Of a stretch of 47,905 nucleotides of DNA, positions 17,910-27,732 are shown piece by piece (position 1 is the first letter of the stretch; every line of letters begins with the position of its first letter). Source of the DNA: an uncultured Myxococcales bacterium (lineage in GTDB: Bacteria > Desulfobacterota > Binatia > UBA1149 > SPBQ01). The DNA is taken from positions 18,658 to 66,562 of the forward strand of contig CAYZHO010000001.1 of the NCBI GenBank assembly GCA_964478045.1. Reading direction: 5' to 3'. Both the position numbers and the translations under genes were made by a program. The notes beneath the pieces were generated by a model. It ran no database searches, had not been told where the DNA came from, and saw only the letters and a list, made by a program, of their open reading frames with translations.

Positions 17910-19412
17910 TCAATCGCAAGGACCTGTCCAGACAGGCCCCTGCGATCCGGGCGGCTGGCTCGGGCCCGCTCGAACTGTCCCGGGGGCCGCGCGAGCCTCG
18001 AGAGTTGAGCGGATTGCCCGGTGGCGCCCGCGGCTAAGGGGGTAGCGCAGTGCGAAAGCAACCGCCCCGGCCAAACACACCGCGGGCCCAAGACACGTCA
18101 GAGCCCGAACCACGGCCAGAGTACGCTCGGAGGGAGGCTGCCCGGCTCGCAGCCCCGCCAAGTCGAGCAGCCCGAGTGCCGCGAATACCGCTGCTGCACC
18201 GGAGAGCTTCCTCAGGAACAAGAAGATCCCGTTGTACAGGCCTTCCCGGCGCTCCATCGAGGTAAGGTCGTCCTCGTCCACCACGTCGCCGATCATCGCC
18301 CACGGCATGAGGTCCACAACTGCGTAGCCGACAGCCGTCGCCGGAAAGGCAACAAAAAAGGCCCAACGCGGCCAGCTCGGCCGCGCGGCGTACAGTAGTA
18401 GCTGGGCCAGCGCCCACCACGTTGCGCCGACAACAAATACGGTCGATTTCTCCATTCGCTTGGCCAGCCACAACCACCCTGGCAACACTGCAACCACGGT
18501 CGCCAGGAAGAGCGCCATCAGTGGTTCAAAATCGCGGGACCGTCCGATGTAATGGGTCAGGTACAGAAGCAACATCGTGGCCACCAGATCGATCGCCACC
18601 CGGCCGCACAGGTAAAGGCCAACCAGCAGGCGGAAGCTACGATTTCGCCAGACGGCCACCGCCCCGCGCCACAACCCAACGCTGGCCGGCCGGGCCTGGT
18701 GCTCCGGCCGCTCGAAGCTCACGGTTACAACGGCCGCCCATGGCAGAACGAAGGCCGCACCCATCACCGCCCCCGCCCGCGCGAAACCCGCAGCCCCGCC
18801 ACCGAAAAGTTCCGCCAAGGGCCGCATCCCTATAGCTACAAAGATGCCGAGGATGGCAGCAGCGCCCCGGTAGGTATTGAGAGAACTGCGCTCGTCGTAG
18901 TCGAGCGCCATCTCCGGTATCAGGGCGAGGTAGGGAACTGCCACTACGGTACTTGCCACGGCAAGCAAGCAATAGGCGAGCGTATAGTACCCAAAGAGCG
19001 CCGCCTGGCTCTCCGCGGGCGGCCTAGCCCAGAGCAACGCGAACGAGAGGCCGAACGGAATTGCTCCAAGCACGAAGAAAGGGCGGCGGCGTCCCCACTT
19101 CCAGCGCGTAGCGTCGGAGACCTTTCCCATGAGCGGGTCCGTCACCGCGTCGACAAAGCGGCCGACGAGCGGGACGAGACCCGCCAGAGCCGGGCGCAGG
19201 TGGACCACTTCAATGAGAAAGAAAGGTGCAAATACCAGGGCAACGGCGGCCAGGGCGGCGTTGTTCGCCAAGTCCCCCGAAGCGTATGCTACCTTACGCA
19301 GCACGCCCAGCTCGCCCGGGCTGGCTGGCGTTCTCTGTTCTTCTCTGGCCGAGCTGCTGTGGCCACTTGCGCTCGCACCCGATCGGGTTAGTTTTGCGCG
19401 GGGGTGATCCAA
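17910..19412 (-). CDS. MFS glycoside-pentoside-hexuronide (MelB/GPH) transporter
   Basis: Motifs DAVTDPLMGKVSD..WGRRRPF, PYLALIPE, ERSSL and DVVDED..RREGLY; about 12 TM helices. The true start may be downstream of 19412. Confidence 0.9.
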   Translation of the reverse strand: MDHPRAKLTRSGASASGHSSSAREEQRTPASPGELGVLRKVAYASGDLANNAALAAVALVFAPFFLIEVVHLRPALAGLVPLVGRFVDAVTDPLMGKVSDATRWKWGRRRPFFVLGAIPFGLSFALLWARPPAESQAALFGYYTLAYCLLAVASTVVAVPYLALIPEMALDYDERSSLNTYRGAAAILGIFVAIGMRPLAELFGGGAAGFARAGAVMGAAFVLPWAAVVTVSFERPEHQARPASVGLWRGAVAVWRNRSFRLLVGLYLCGRVAIDLVATMLLLYLTHYIGRSRDFEPLMALFLATVVAVLPGWLWLAKRMEKSTVFVVGATWWALAQLLLYAARPSWPRWAFFVAFPATAVGYAVVDLMPWAMIGDVVDEDDLTSMERREGLYNGIFLFLRKLSGAAAVFAALGLLDLAGLRAGQPPSERTLAVVRALTCLGPAVCLAGAVAFALRYPLSRGRHRAIRSTLEARAAPGTVRAGPSQPPGSQGPVWTGPCD

Positions 19413-19991
19413 ATGCCTACCTCGATCGTATTAATCCGAGGTGTACGGCCCCGGCGTCTCCTCGGGGCTGGGCTCTTGGCCGCAGCCGTCGTCCTGACGG
19501 GAACGTGTCGCGCCGGGGAAGAACGCGGGGGGAGGACACACGCGATGGAACTGACGAGTACGGCGTTTCCCGCACATGGAGCCATTCCCCGACAGTACAC
19601 CGGAGAGGGCCCCGACGTCTCGCCACCACTCAAATGGTCCGATCCACCGGCGGGAACGAAAGAGTTCGTCCTGATCTGTGACGACCCAGACGCCCCCACG
19701 CCCAAGCCTTGGGTACACTGGGTAGCCTACAAGATTCCGGCCGACTGGCGCGAACTTCCCCAGGGCGCAAGCGGCGGTTTCGTCGAAGGACGCAACGATT
19801 TCGGCCGCCGTGGCTACGGTGGCCCGATGCCTCCTGTCGGCCATGGGGTTCACCATTACCATTTCAAGTTGTATGCGGTCGACACCGAGCTCCCCAACAA
19901 GCCGGGTCTGACCAAAGAAGAGGTCTTGTCCCTAATCGAGGGGCACGTGCTCGCTCAAGCAGAACTAATCGGCACCTACGAGCGCAAGTAG
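19413..19991 (+). CDS. YbhB/YbcL (PEBP/RKIP-like) protein
   Basis: Motifs DVSPPLKW, DPDAP, WVHW, YGGPMPP and HHYHFKLYA. Alternative start at ATG 19545 after GGAGG. Confidence 0.92.
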   Translation: MPTSIVLIRGVRPRRLLGAGLLAAAVVLTGTCRAGEERGGRTHAMELTSTAFPAHGAIPRQYTGEGPDVSPPLKWSDPPAGTKEFVLICDDPDAPTPKPWVHWVAYKIPADWRELPQGASGGFVEGRNDFGRRGYGGPMPPVGHGVHHYHFKLYAVDTELPNKPGLTKEEVLSLIEGHVLAQAELIGTYERK

Positions 19992-20008
19992 CGCTTTCTC
20001 ACTGCTGC

Positions 20009-21709
20009 TCACACCTCGCCGCGCGCGCGCAGGCGAGCCCACGTGTCGCGCAACGACACCGTCCTGTTGAACACGAGGTGGCCTGGACGCGAGTCCGTGT
20101 CCACGCAGAAGTACCCGAGTCGCTCGAACTGAAAGCGTTCCCCCGGTTTGGCCCGAGCAAGGCTCGGCTCGACCATTGCGCCGTCGATCACTTCGAGGGA
20201 GCTCGGATTCAGGTTGATCGTAAAGTCCTCGCCCTCTGGCACATCGAGCGGGTCTGGTTTCGTGAACAGCCGGTCGTACAGCCGTACCTCGGCCCGCACG
20301 GCGTGGGCCGCCGACACCCAGTGAAGGGTGCTTTTGACCTTGCGGCCGTCCGGCGCGTCTCCTCCGCGGGTTGCGGGATCGTAGCGGCACACTACCTCGG
20401 TGACCTCACCGCTTGCGGGATCCCGCCGCACTCCCGTACACGTAACGAAATAGGCGTAACGCAGGCGCACCTCCCTGCCGGGCGCTAAGCGGAAAAACTT
20501 GCGCGGCGGTTGCTCCATGAAGTCGTCCCGTTCGATGAACAGCACCTTCGAAAACGGCACTTTTCGCGTTCCGGCGCTCGGATCTTCCGGATTGTTGATG
20601 GCATCGAGTTCTTCGACTTGGCCGTCCGGATAGTTCTCGATGACCAACTTGAGCGGCCGCAAGACGGCCATCACCCGCGGCGCGTGCCGGTTGAGGTACT
20701 CGCGCACCGCGGCCTCGAGCTGCTCGAACTGGACCGTCGTGTCGCGCCGGGTCAGCCCGACCTCGGCACAAAACGCGCGGATCGCCTCCGGCGGATAGCC
20801 TCGCCGGCGCAACCCGCGCAAGGTCGGCATGCGCGGATCGTCCCAGCCATCGACCACCCCATCTTCGACCAATCTTCTCAGCACCCGCTTGCTCAAAGTC
20901 GTGTAGGTGAGGTTCAGCCGGGCAAACTCGATCTGCTGGGGGTGGCACGGCACGTCCAGCTGGTCGAGGATCCAATCGTACAGCGCGCGATTGTCGGCAA
21001 ACTCAAGCGTGCATAGCGAATGGGTTACCCCTTCGATCGCGTCCGAGAGACAGTGCGCGAAGTCGTACATCGGATAGATCACCCAGCGGGTCCCGGTGCG
21101 GTGGTGGGGCACCTTGTGAATGCGGTAGAGGACCGGATCGCGCATCACGATATTGGGCGAGCTCATGTCGATCTTGGCGCGCAGCGTCCGCGACCCCGGC
21201 TCGAACTCGCCTGCCTTCATGCGCGCGAACAGATCCAGATTTTCCTCGACCGACCGGTCGCGGTAGGGACTTGGCTTGCCTGGTGACGTGAGCGTCCCTC
21301 TCTGCTGGCGGATCTCCTCAGGACTGAGGTCACAGACATACGCTTTGCCCTTGCGGATCAGCTCGACCGCGTATTCGTACAGGCGGTCAAAGTAGTCCGA
21401 CGCGTAGTAAAGGTGCTCGCCCCAGTCGAACCCGAGCCACCGAACGTCTTCTTTAATTGCCTCGACGTACTCGACGTCCTCGGCGACCGGGTTGGTATCG
21501 TCGAAGCGGAGGTGGCAACGGCCGCCGTACTCGGCCGCAACCCCGAAATTGAGGCAGATCGATTTGGCGTGTCCTATGTGCAGGTAGCCGTTCGGCTCAG
21601 GCGGAAACCGGGTCACGACTCCGCCGGGCAGCAGTCCCCTAGCTAAGTCTTCCTCGATCTTTGCCCGGATGAAATCCTTAGGAGCTTCTCTGTCCTTGGC
21701 TTTCTCCAC
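20009..21709 (-). CDS. glnS: Glutamine--tRNA ligase
   Basis: Motifs [52 protein letters not shown] and FQFERLGYF. Likely GTG start at 21709. Confidence 0.97.
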   Translation of the reverse strand: MEKAKDREAPKDFIRAKIEEDLARGLLPGGVVTRFPPEPNGYLHIGHAKSICLNFGVAAEYGGRCHLRFDDTNPVAEDVEYVEAIKEDVRWLGFDWGEHLYYASDYFDRLYEYAVELIRKGKAYVCDLSPEEIRQQRGTLTSPGKPSPYRDRSVEENLDLFARMKAGEFEPGSRTLRAKIDMSSPNIVMRDPVLYRIHKVPHHRTGTRWVIYPMYDFAHCLSDAIEGVTHSLCTLEFADNRALYDWILDQLDVPCHPQQIEFARLNLTYTTLSKRVLRRLVEDGVVDGWDDPRMPTLRGLRRRGYPPEAIRAFCAEVGLTRRDTTVQFEQLEAAVREYLNRHAPRVMAVLRPLKLVIENYPDGQVEELDAINNPEDPSAGTRKVPFSKVLFIERDDFMEQPPRKFFRLAPGREVRLRYAYFVTCTGVRRDPASGEVTEVVCRYDPATRGGDAPDGRKVKSTLHWVSAAHAVRAEVRLYDRLFTKPDPLDVPEGEDFTINLNPSSLEVIDGAMVEPSLARAKPGERFQFERLGYFCVDTDSRPGHLVFNRTVSLRDTWARLRARGEV

Positions 21710-21860
21710 CCCGTGAATCCCCTCAGGAGCGAACCGGGCCGCCATGCGGCCGATCTCTGAGCACATTCACCCGCCCAGCACGACCGCGAGGCGCATTATC
21801 CCTTGGAGGCCGAGAAGTTGCACCCGAACGGATCAGGGGGACCCACCCGACCGCGCTCGA

Positions 21861-22535
21861 TCAAGCCGACAGAACGACCCGGCTGATGGCAGCATAATGC
21901 GCGACCGCAGCCACTAGGACGAGTGCGTGAAATATCTCGTGGTAACCGAAGACACGGGGGCACGGGTCGGGTCGCTCAAGCGCGTATACCACGGCTCCAG
22001 CGGTGTACAGGATGCCGCCGGCCGCCAATAGCACCAACGCGGCTGTCCCTACCCTCCCGGCAACTTGAGGCAGCGCGATCACTCCGAACCAGCCCACGGC
22101 CACGCACCCAACGGCCGTCGCCCACTTCGGCCAGTCGCGCCCTAACAGTTGCACCACGCCTGCCATCGCGACGGCGCCCCACACCACAACGAGCGTCAAG
22201 CGGCCAAGCAGCGGGCCGAGCACAAGGAGAGCCACGGGCGTGTACGAACCGGCGATCAGGGCAAATATCATCGTCACGTCGAGGCGTCCCAACCACTCGC
22301 GCACGCCAGGCGCCCACTGCCCGCGGTGGTACACGGCGCTCGTCGCAAGCAGCGCTATCAGCGACACCGCGTAAACCGCTGCTGCAATCTTCGGAGTTCC
22401 ACTAGGCGCCCGGGAAACAAGACCCACGGCGGCGGGAACCGCCACCGGAAGTGCCCACTGGTGCAGCCACCCGCGGCACCGCGGCTTCGGGCGGGCGGGC
22501 TTGTCTTTTGCTTCGCGCCCTGTCTGGAAACTCAT
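21861..22535 (-). CDS. Hemolysin III / PAQR family membrane protein
   Basis: Motifs SAVYH, RLD..MIFALIAGSYTP and FGYHEIFH..V..A..HY; about 7 TM helices. Confidence 0.92.
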   Translation of the reverse strand: MSFQTGREAKDKPARPKPRCRGWLHQWALPVAVPAAVGLVSRAPSGTPKIAAAVYAVSLIALLATSAVYHRGQWAPGVREWLGRLDVTMIFALIAGSYTPVALLVLGPLLGRLTLVVVWGAVAMAGVVQLLGRDWPKWATAVGCVAVGWFGVIALPQVAGRVGTAALVLLAAGGILYTAGAVVYALERPDPCPRVFGYHEIFHALVLVAAVAHYAAISRVVLSA

Positions 22536-22686
22536 GCGCCTACCCCGCCGCCAACAAGCTCTGCGGGCCCGCACTGCCGCTCAGCCGTCGGCCCGCCGGC
22601 TCGGGCATTGGCGCCTTCCCCCCGAGGGCCTCTGCCTCCGGGGCAGCCATCGCGCCCAAACGACGGCTTCGCTGCGGTATCGAGCG

Positions 22687-22762
22687 TGGTGACCCCAACG
22701 GGACTCGAACCCGTGTTTTCGGCGTGAGAGGCCGACGTCCTAGACCGCTAGACGATGGGGCC
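22687..22762 (-). tRNA. tRNA-Glu (CUC), CCA encoded
   Basis: Reverse complement GGCCCCATCGTCTAGCGGTCTAGGACGTCGGCCTCTCACGCCGAAAACACGGGTTCGAGTCCCGTTGGGGTCACCA; anticodon CTC. Confidence 0.98.
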
Positions 22763-22933
22763 ACGATTCCGGCACGGAAGCCGGCTCAACCGAACCCGGA
22801 TGCACACACTTACGCGATGCGAAAGTTGCCGTCAATCCCGCGCCTCGCCGGACAACGGCCCCTGCCTGACATTCAAGACCATTTGTGTCATAAGCTGGGT
22901 TTTCGCCCGTCTGCCCAAGGAGAAGAAAGGACG

Positions 22934-25210
22934 ATGCCAACGATCGAAAGCACCCCCGAGTTCGTCTCTTCAGTATACGAGAGAACACGAGAGCGGCTCG
23001 ACCAAGTAAGGCTCCGCCTCAAGCGGCCGCTAACGCTAGCTGAGAAAATCCTCTACGGGCACCTTGACGACCCGCGGTCCGCCGAGCTTGTCAGGGGTCA
23101 AAGCTATGTGGAGCTGCGACCCGACCGCGTCGCGCTCCAAGACGCCACGGCTCAAATGGCTTTGCTGCAGTTCATGCAAGCCGGCCGCAAGCAAGTGGCG
23201 GTACCTGCCACCGTACACTGCGACCACTTGATCCGAGCCCGCAGTGGCGCCGAAGAAGACGTCCGACGTGCGCAGGAAGAAAACGCCGAGGTATATGAGT
23301 TCCTGGCCTCGGCGTCGGCAAAGTACGGGCTCGGCTTCTGGAAGCCCGGCTCGGGGATCATCCACCAGATCGTTTTGGAAAACTACGCATTTCCCGGCGG
23401 GTTGATGATTGGAACCGATTCCCACACCCCGAATGCCGGAGGGCTTGGAATGTGCGCTTGCGGGGTGGGTGGAGCCGACGCCGTCGACGTCCTGGCCGGG
23501 TTTCCTTGGGAGGTGCTCCTGCCAAAACTGGTTGGGGTTCGGCTCAAGGGACGCCTCGCCGGATGGACGGCACCGAAGGACGTCATCCTGAAGCTGTGCG
23601 GAATGCTCACCGTTAAAGGCGGGACCAACAAGATCATCGAATACTTCGGACCCGGCACCGCCAGCATCTCGTGCACCGGCAAGGCGACCATCTGCAACAT
23701 GGGCGCCGAGTTGGGCGCCACTTGTTCCGTGTTCCCCTTCGACGACCGAATGGCCACGTACCTGCGGGCGACGCGGCGCGAGCAGTTGGCGGAACTAGCG
23801 GCCCGCAACGAGGATCTGCTCCGCCCCGACCCAGAGGTCCTGGAACAACCCGAGCAGTTCTACGACGAACTCGTCGAGATCGATCTCGATGAACTCGAGC
23901 CGCACGTGGTGGGGCCGCACACCCCGGACCTCGCCCGGCCGGTCTCGCGTCTGGCGGAGGATGCCCGCCGCGAGGGCTATCCGCTCGAGATTTCGACGGT
24001 GCTGGTGGGAAGCTGTACGAACTCGTCCTACGAGGACATCACCCGAGCCGCCCACGTAGCCCAGCAGGCCGTCGAAGAAGGCATCACGATGCGCAGCCGG
24101 CTGCTGGTCTCCCCCGGCAGCGAAATGATTCACGAAACGATACAGCGTGATGGCCAACTAGCAGTGCTCGAGCAAGCGGGCGCCACGGTCTTGGCCAACG
24201 CCTGCGGGCCGTGCATAGGGCAGTGGCAGCGCGACGACATCGAAAAGGGTCAGCCGGACGTGATCGTGACGTCTTTCAACCGCAACTTCCCCGGCCGCAA
24301 CGACTCGAACCCGAACACGCTGGCGTTCATTGCGAGCCCGGAAATCACGGTCGCCCTGGGACTGGGCGGCCGGCTGGATTTCAATCCGCTCGAGGACGAA
24401 ATCGAACGCAATGGCCGCAGGATCCGGCTTGCCGCACCTCCACCGGCTCCTGACGTTCCCGAGCGGGGATTCGTCGACCGGCGCGCCGGCTACCAACCTC
24501 CCGCCGACGACCCGGGGGCGGTCGAGGTGCGAGTACGCCAGGACAGCGAACGACTGGCGATGCTCGAGCCGTTTCCCCCGCCGCGGGCGGAAGACTTCTT
24601 GCACATGCCCTTGCTCCTCAAGACCCAGGGTAAAACAACGACCGACCACATCAGTCCTGCGGGACCGTGGCTGCGTTACCGCGGGCACCTCGACCGGATC
24701 AGCGACAACATGTTCACGGGAGCAATTCGTGCCTGGACCGGAGAACGCGGCACCACTCGCAACCCTCTGACCGGCGCCACGGGCGAGCCGGTTCCGAAAG
24801 TAGCCCGTGAACTGAAAGCAGCCGGAAAACGCTGGTTCGTCGTTGGCGACGAAAACTACGGTGAAGGTTCGAGCCGGGAGCATGCAGCGATGAGTCCCAG
24901 GCACCTTGGCGGCGCCGTTGTCATCGCCCGCAGTTTCGCTCGAATCCACGAGTCAAACCTAAAAAAGCAGGGCGTCCTGCCGCTGACCTTTGCCGATCCC
25001 AGAGACTACGACAAAGTCCGGGAGGACGACGAGCTTTCGATCCCCGATGTGATGAGCATCGCCCCCGGCAAGCCGCTCGTGGGCATCCTTCACCATAGCG
25101 ACGGTACGGAGGAACGGATCGAACTGCGCCACACCCTAAACGCAGAGCAAATCGAGTGGTTCAAGGCAGGATCCGCCTTGAATCTCCTCCGTAGCCGCAC
25201 GGAAGGTTAA
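22934..25210 (+). CDS. acn: Aconitate hydratase, mitochondrial-like type
   Basis: Motifs DRVALQDATAQMA, VHCDH, GTDSHTPNAGG, GSCTNSS, NACGPCIGQW, SFNRNF, TTDHISPAG and NYGEGSSREHAA. AAAGGA SD before ATG 22934. Confidence 0.95.
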   Translation: MPTIESTPEFVSSVYERTRERLDQVRLRLKRPLTLAEKILYGHLDDPRSAELVRGQSYVELRPDRVALQDATAQMALLQFMQAGRKQVAVPATVHCDHLIRARSGAEEDVRRAQEENAEVYEFLASASAKYGLGFWKPGSGIIHQIVLENYAFPGGLMIGTDSHTPNAGGLGMCACGVGGADAVDVLAGFPWEVLLPKLVGVRLKGRLAGWTAPKDVILKLCGMLTVKGGTNKIIEYFGPGTASISCTGKATICNMGAELGATCSVFPFDDRMATYLRATRREQLAELAARNEDLLRPDPEVLEQPEQFYDELVEIDLDELEPHVVGPHTPDLARPVSRLAEDARREGYPLEISTVLVGSCTNSSYEDITRAAHVAQQAVEEGITMRSRLLVSPGSEMIHETIQRDGQLAVLEQAGATVLANACGPCIGQWQRDDIEKGQPDVIVTSFNRNFPGRNDSNPNTLAFIASPEITVALGLGGRLDFNPLEDEIERNGRRIRLAAPPPAPDVPERGFVDRRAGYQPPADDPGAVEVRVRQDSERLAMLEPFPPPRAEDFLHMPLLLKTQGKTTTDHISPAGPWLRYRGHLDRISDNMFTGAIRAWTGERGTTRNPLTGATGEPVPKVARELKAAGKRWFVVGDENYGEGSSREHAAMSPRHLGGAVVIARSFARIHESNLKKQGVLPLTFADPRDYDKVREDDELSIPDVMSIAPGKPLVGILHHSDGTEERIELRHTLNAEQIEWFKAGSALNLLRSRTEG

Positions 25211-25223
25211 GCCGGCCGAACCG

Positions 25224-26681
25224 TCATCCGGCGCTGGCCGTCTCGCCCGGATCCTCGCGCAGCGGAAGCGTCCCTTCGCGGGCGCCGCGCACGGCCGCGC
25301 GGAGGCGGTTCAGTGTCCTATCGCGGCCAAGAACTTCGCATACCTCGAAGATCCCTGGGCTGACGGTCCCGCCCGTCAGCGCAACCCGCGCGGGCTGCGC
25401 GATCTTGCCCAGCTTGATCTCGTGCCGCGCCATGACTCTCTCGAACGCGCCGCGGATCTCTTCGGCTCTCCACGCGCTGACTCGTTCGAGCTCCTCGGCA
25501 AGCTCCGTAAGGCGCTGGCAACCTGTTTCGTCGAGGAATTTGGCCAGGGCGCGCCCATCGTATGCAACTTCGTCGGCCAGAAACACGCGGGCTTGGGCGG
25601 CTAGCTCCACAAGCGTCTTGGAACGCTCGCGCAGCAACGGGACAACGCGTTCGAGCCGCGCGCGCGATCCTTCGTCGAGGCGGAGGCCCAAGCGCTCGAG
25701 AAACGGGAGAACCCTATCCGCAAGCACCGGATCCGGCAGCCGCTTGATGTGCTCGAAGTTCACCCACGTAAACTTGTCCATGTCGAACGCCGCCGCTGCT
25801 TTCCCCACCTCGCTGACGTCGAACAGCGCGATCAACTCGTCGAGCGTGAAGATCTCTTGATCGCCATGGGACCAGCCTAGCCGGGCCAAGTAGTTCACGA
25901 CTGCTTCCGGCACGAACCCTTGGTCGCGGTAGGCCGCCACAGACGTGGCCCCGTGTCGTTTGGACAAACGAGTCCGGTCCGGCCCGACAATGAGCGGCAG
26001 GTGAGCGTACTGCGGCGGCTGCGCTCCGAGCGCCCGGCAAATGTGAACTTGTTTCGGGGTGTTCGTCAGGTGGTCTTCGCCGCGCAGCACGTGCGTGATT
26101 CCCATCTCGATGTCGTCGACGACGACTACCAAATGGAAGGTGGGCGTACCGTCGGACCGCACGATGATCAAATCGTCGAGCTCCGCGTTATCGAAGATGA
26201 CGGGACCGCGCACGAGGTCACGGATCGCCGTCTCGCCCTCGGTCGGCATCTTGAACCGCACCACCGCCCGCTCGCCCGCACGCGGCGCTCTGCCTAGACC
26301 GCGGCACCTGCGATCGTACGCGGCTCGCCGACCTTCGGCCTGGGCCCTTCGCCGCTGTTCTTCTAGTTGCTCGGGGCTGCAAAAACAGTAGTACGCGTGG
26401 CCCCCAGCCAGCAGCTCCTCAACTTTCTGTCGGTACAGATCGTGGCGTTCCGACTGGAAGTATGGCCCTTCGTCGTAGTCTAGCCCCAGCCATCGCAGGC
26501 CTTCGAGAATAGCGTTCACAAACTCGGGCCGCGAGCGCTCCCGGTCGGTGTCTTCGATCCGAAGAATGAAGCGCCCTCCGTGGTGTCGGGCAAACAGGTA
26601 GTTGAACAGCGCCGTCCGCGCTCCGCCGAGGTGAAGATGACCAGTCGGACTCGGAGCAAAACGCGTGCGAACCGTCGCCAC
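25224..26681 (-). CDS. gltX: Glutamate--tRNA ligase
   Basis: Motifs RTRFAPSPTGHLHLGGARTALFN, RIEDTD, CFC..YDRRC, RGEDH and RLSKRHG. Anticodon-binding domain present. Confidence 0.97.
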   Translation of the reverse strand: MATVRTRFAPSPTGHLHLGGARTALFNYLFARHHGGRFILRIEDTDRERSRPEFVNAILEGLRWLGLDYDEGPYFQSERHDLYRQKVEELLAGGHAYYCFCSPEQLEEQRRRAQAEGRRAAYDRRCRGLGRAPRAGERAVVRFKMPTEGETAIRDLVRGPVIFDNAELDDLIIVRSDGTPTFHLVVVVDDIEMGITHVLRGEDHLTNTPKQVHICRALGAQPPQYAHLPLIVGPDRTRLSKRHGATSVAAYRDQGFVPEAVVNYLARLGWSHGDQEIFTLDELIALFDVSEVGKAAAAFDMDKFTWVNFEHIKRLPDPVLADRVLPFLERLGLRLDEGSRARLERVVPLLRERSKTLVELAAQARVFLADEVAYDGRALAKFLDETGCQRLTELAEELERVSAWRAEEIRGAFERVMARHEIKLGKIAQPARVALTGGTVSPGIFEVCEVLGRDRTLNRLRAAVRGAREGTLPLREDPGETASAG

Positions 26682-26864
26682 GAGAGCAATCAACCACGGC
26701 CACGCGCGCGGGTCAAAGCATCTTCTGTGTTGACCGCCACGATACGCGCGTGCCATCCTGACTCCACTGGCCGCGTGCGGCTCGGCTTGGACTGGGGGCC
26801 AGAGCTACTCGCGCCGAGGGCGCTCGCACAATATCGCGGTCGCGCGGAGGTTGGCGGAGGATTT

Positions 26865-27323
26865 ATGATCGTAGGGATGGCCGCTATCGAAGATGCCTGC
26901 GTTCTCATCGTCGAAGACAACGACGACGCCCGCAAGGTGGTAGCGTACCGCTTGCGCCGGATGGGCGTCGGCCGTGTTGCCGAGGCCGCCAACGGCCTTG
27001 AAGCCCTCGATGCCGTCCGCACCGAAGAGCCCGATCTCATCCTGATGGACGTGTGTATGCCCGTCATGGATGGGATCGCGGCGATGGCCGCGATCCGCGC
27101 GTTGCCCGGCCCGATCGCTAGCGTACCGATCATCGCGCTCACGGCCGCCACTGCTCCTGGCGACCGCGAGCGTTGCATCCAAGCGGGCGCCAGCGATTAT
27201 CTCGCCAAACCGGTGGTCGACCCGAGACTCCTGACCGATAAGATCCACCAGTGGCTCGCGATCAACAGCAACGGCGAGAAGAATCTGCGCCCGGCCGGAG
27301 ATTCCCCTAGCCTGCTGGCCTGA
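26865..27323 (+). CDS. Single-domain response regulator (CheY/DivK-like)
   Basis: Motifs IVEDN, LMDVCMPVMDG, IIALTA and YLAKP. GGAGG SD before ATG 26865. Confidence 0.88.
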   Translation: MIVGMAAIEDACVLIVEDNDDARKVVAYRLRRMGVGRVAEAANGLEALDAVRTEEPDLILMDVCMPVMDGIAAMAAIRALPGPIASVPIIALTAATAPGDRERCIQAGASDYLAKPVVDPRLLTDKIHQWLAINSNGEKNLRPAGDSPSLLA

Positions 27324-27559
27324 GACCCGCCTGGGAACTCGCACGCCGGCGGCTACGGGCGCAGCCGGCGCGCGCAGTCGTGGTACAGCAGCGCGTCAAC
27401 GCTCTCGCTGCTCTCCCGCCTCCAGGTAGCGTGCGGCACGCCGCGTTACGCTGAATCGAGCGCCTGTGGGGCGAGGAACCGCACAGCACTTGCCGGCCCC
27501 GCCAACCCGCGCAGCCCGGCGATTGCCGCATTGCGTTTCACGCCAGCCGCAATCGCGTC

Positions 27560-27588
27560 TTGCCCGCCGGCCAACCGGAGAGCATAAT
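27560..27588 (+). promoter_or_regulatory. Candidate sigma70-type promoter of prkA-yeaH-spoVR
   Basis: TTGCCC-N17-CATAAT followed by an AT-richer leader. Confidence 0.5.
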
Positions 27589-27732
27589 TTCCTCGAAATA
27601 AGCGAGCCTTAATGCGACCAGAAGATGAAACGAATCGAGTAGCCGATCGTCTGAAGCAATAGAACTCTCGAACCGGTGGTCGGCGGTCCGGCTCGCGGCC
27701 GTTGGCCGGCTGGGCGCGGGAAGGAGCACGCC

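Noticed and set aside
22451-22933. N-terminal extension of the aconitase ORF (919-aa call)
   Set aside because: Overlaps tRNA-Glu and the hemolysin III gene. SD and homology support ATG 22934.
26740-26756. TGGCACG sigma54-like -24 element upstream of gltX (minus strand)
   Set aside because: The -12 position reads TC, not the required GC.
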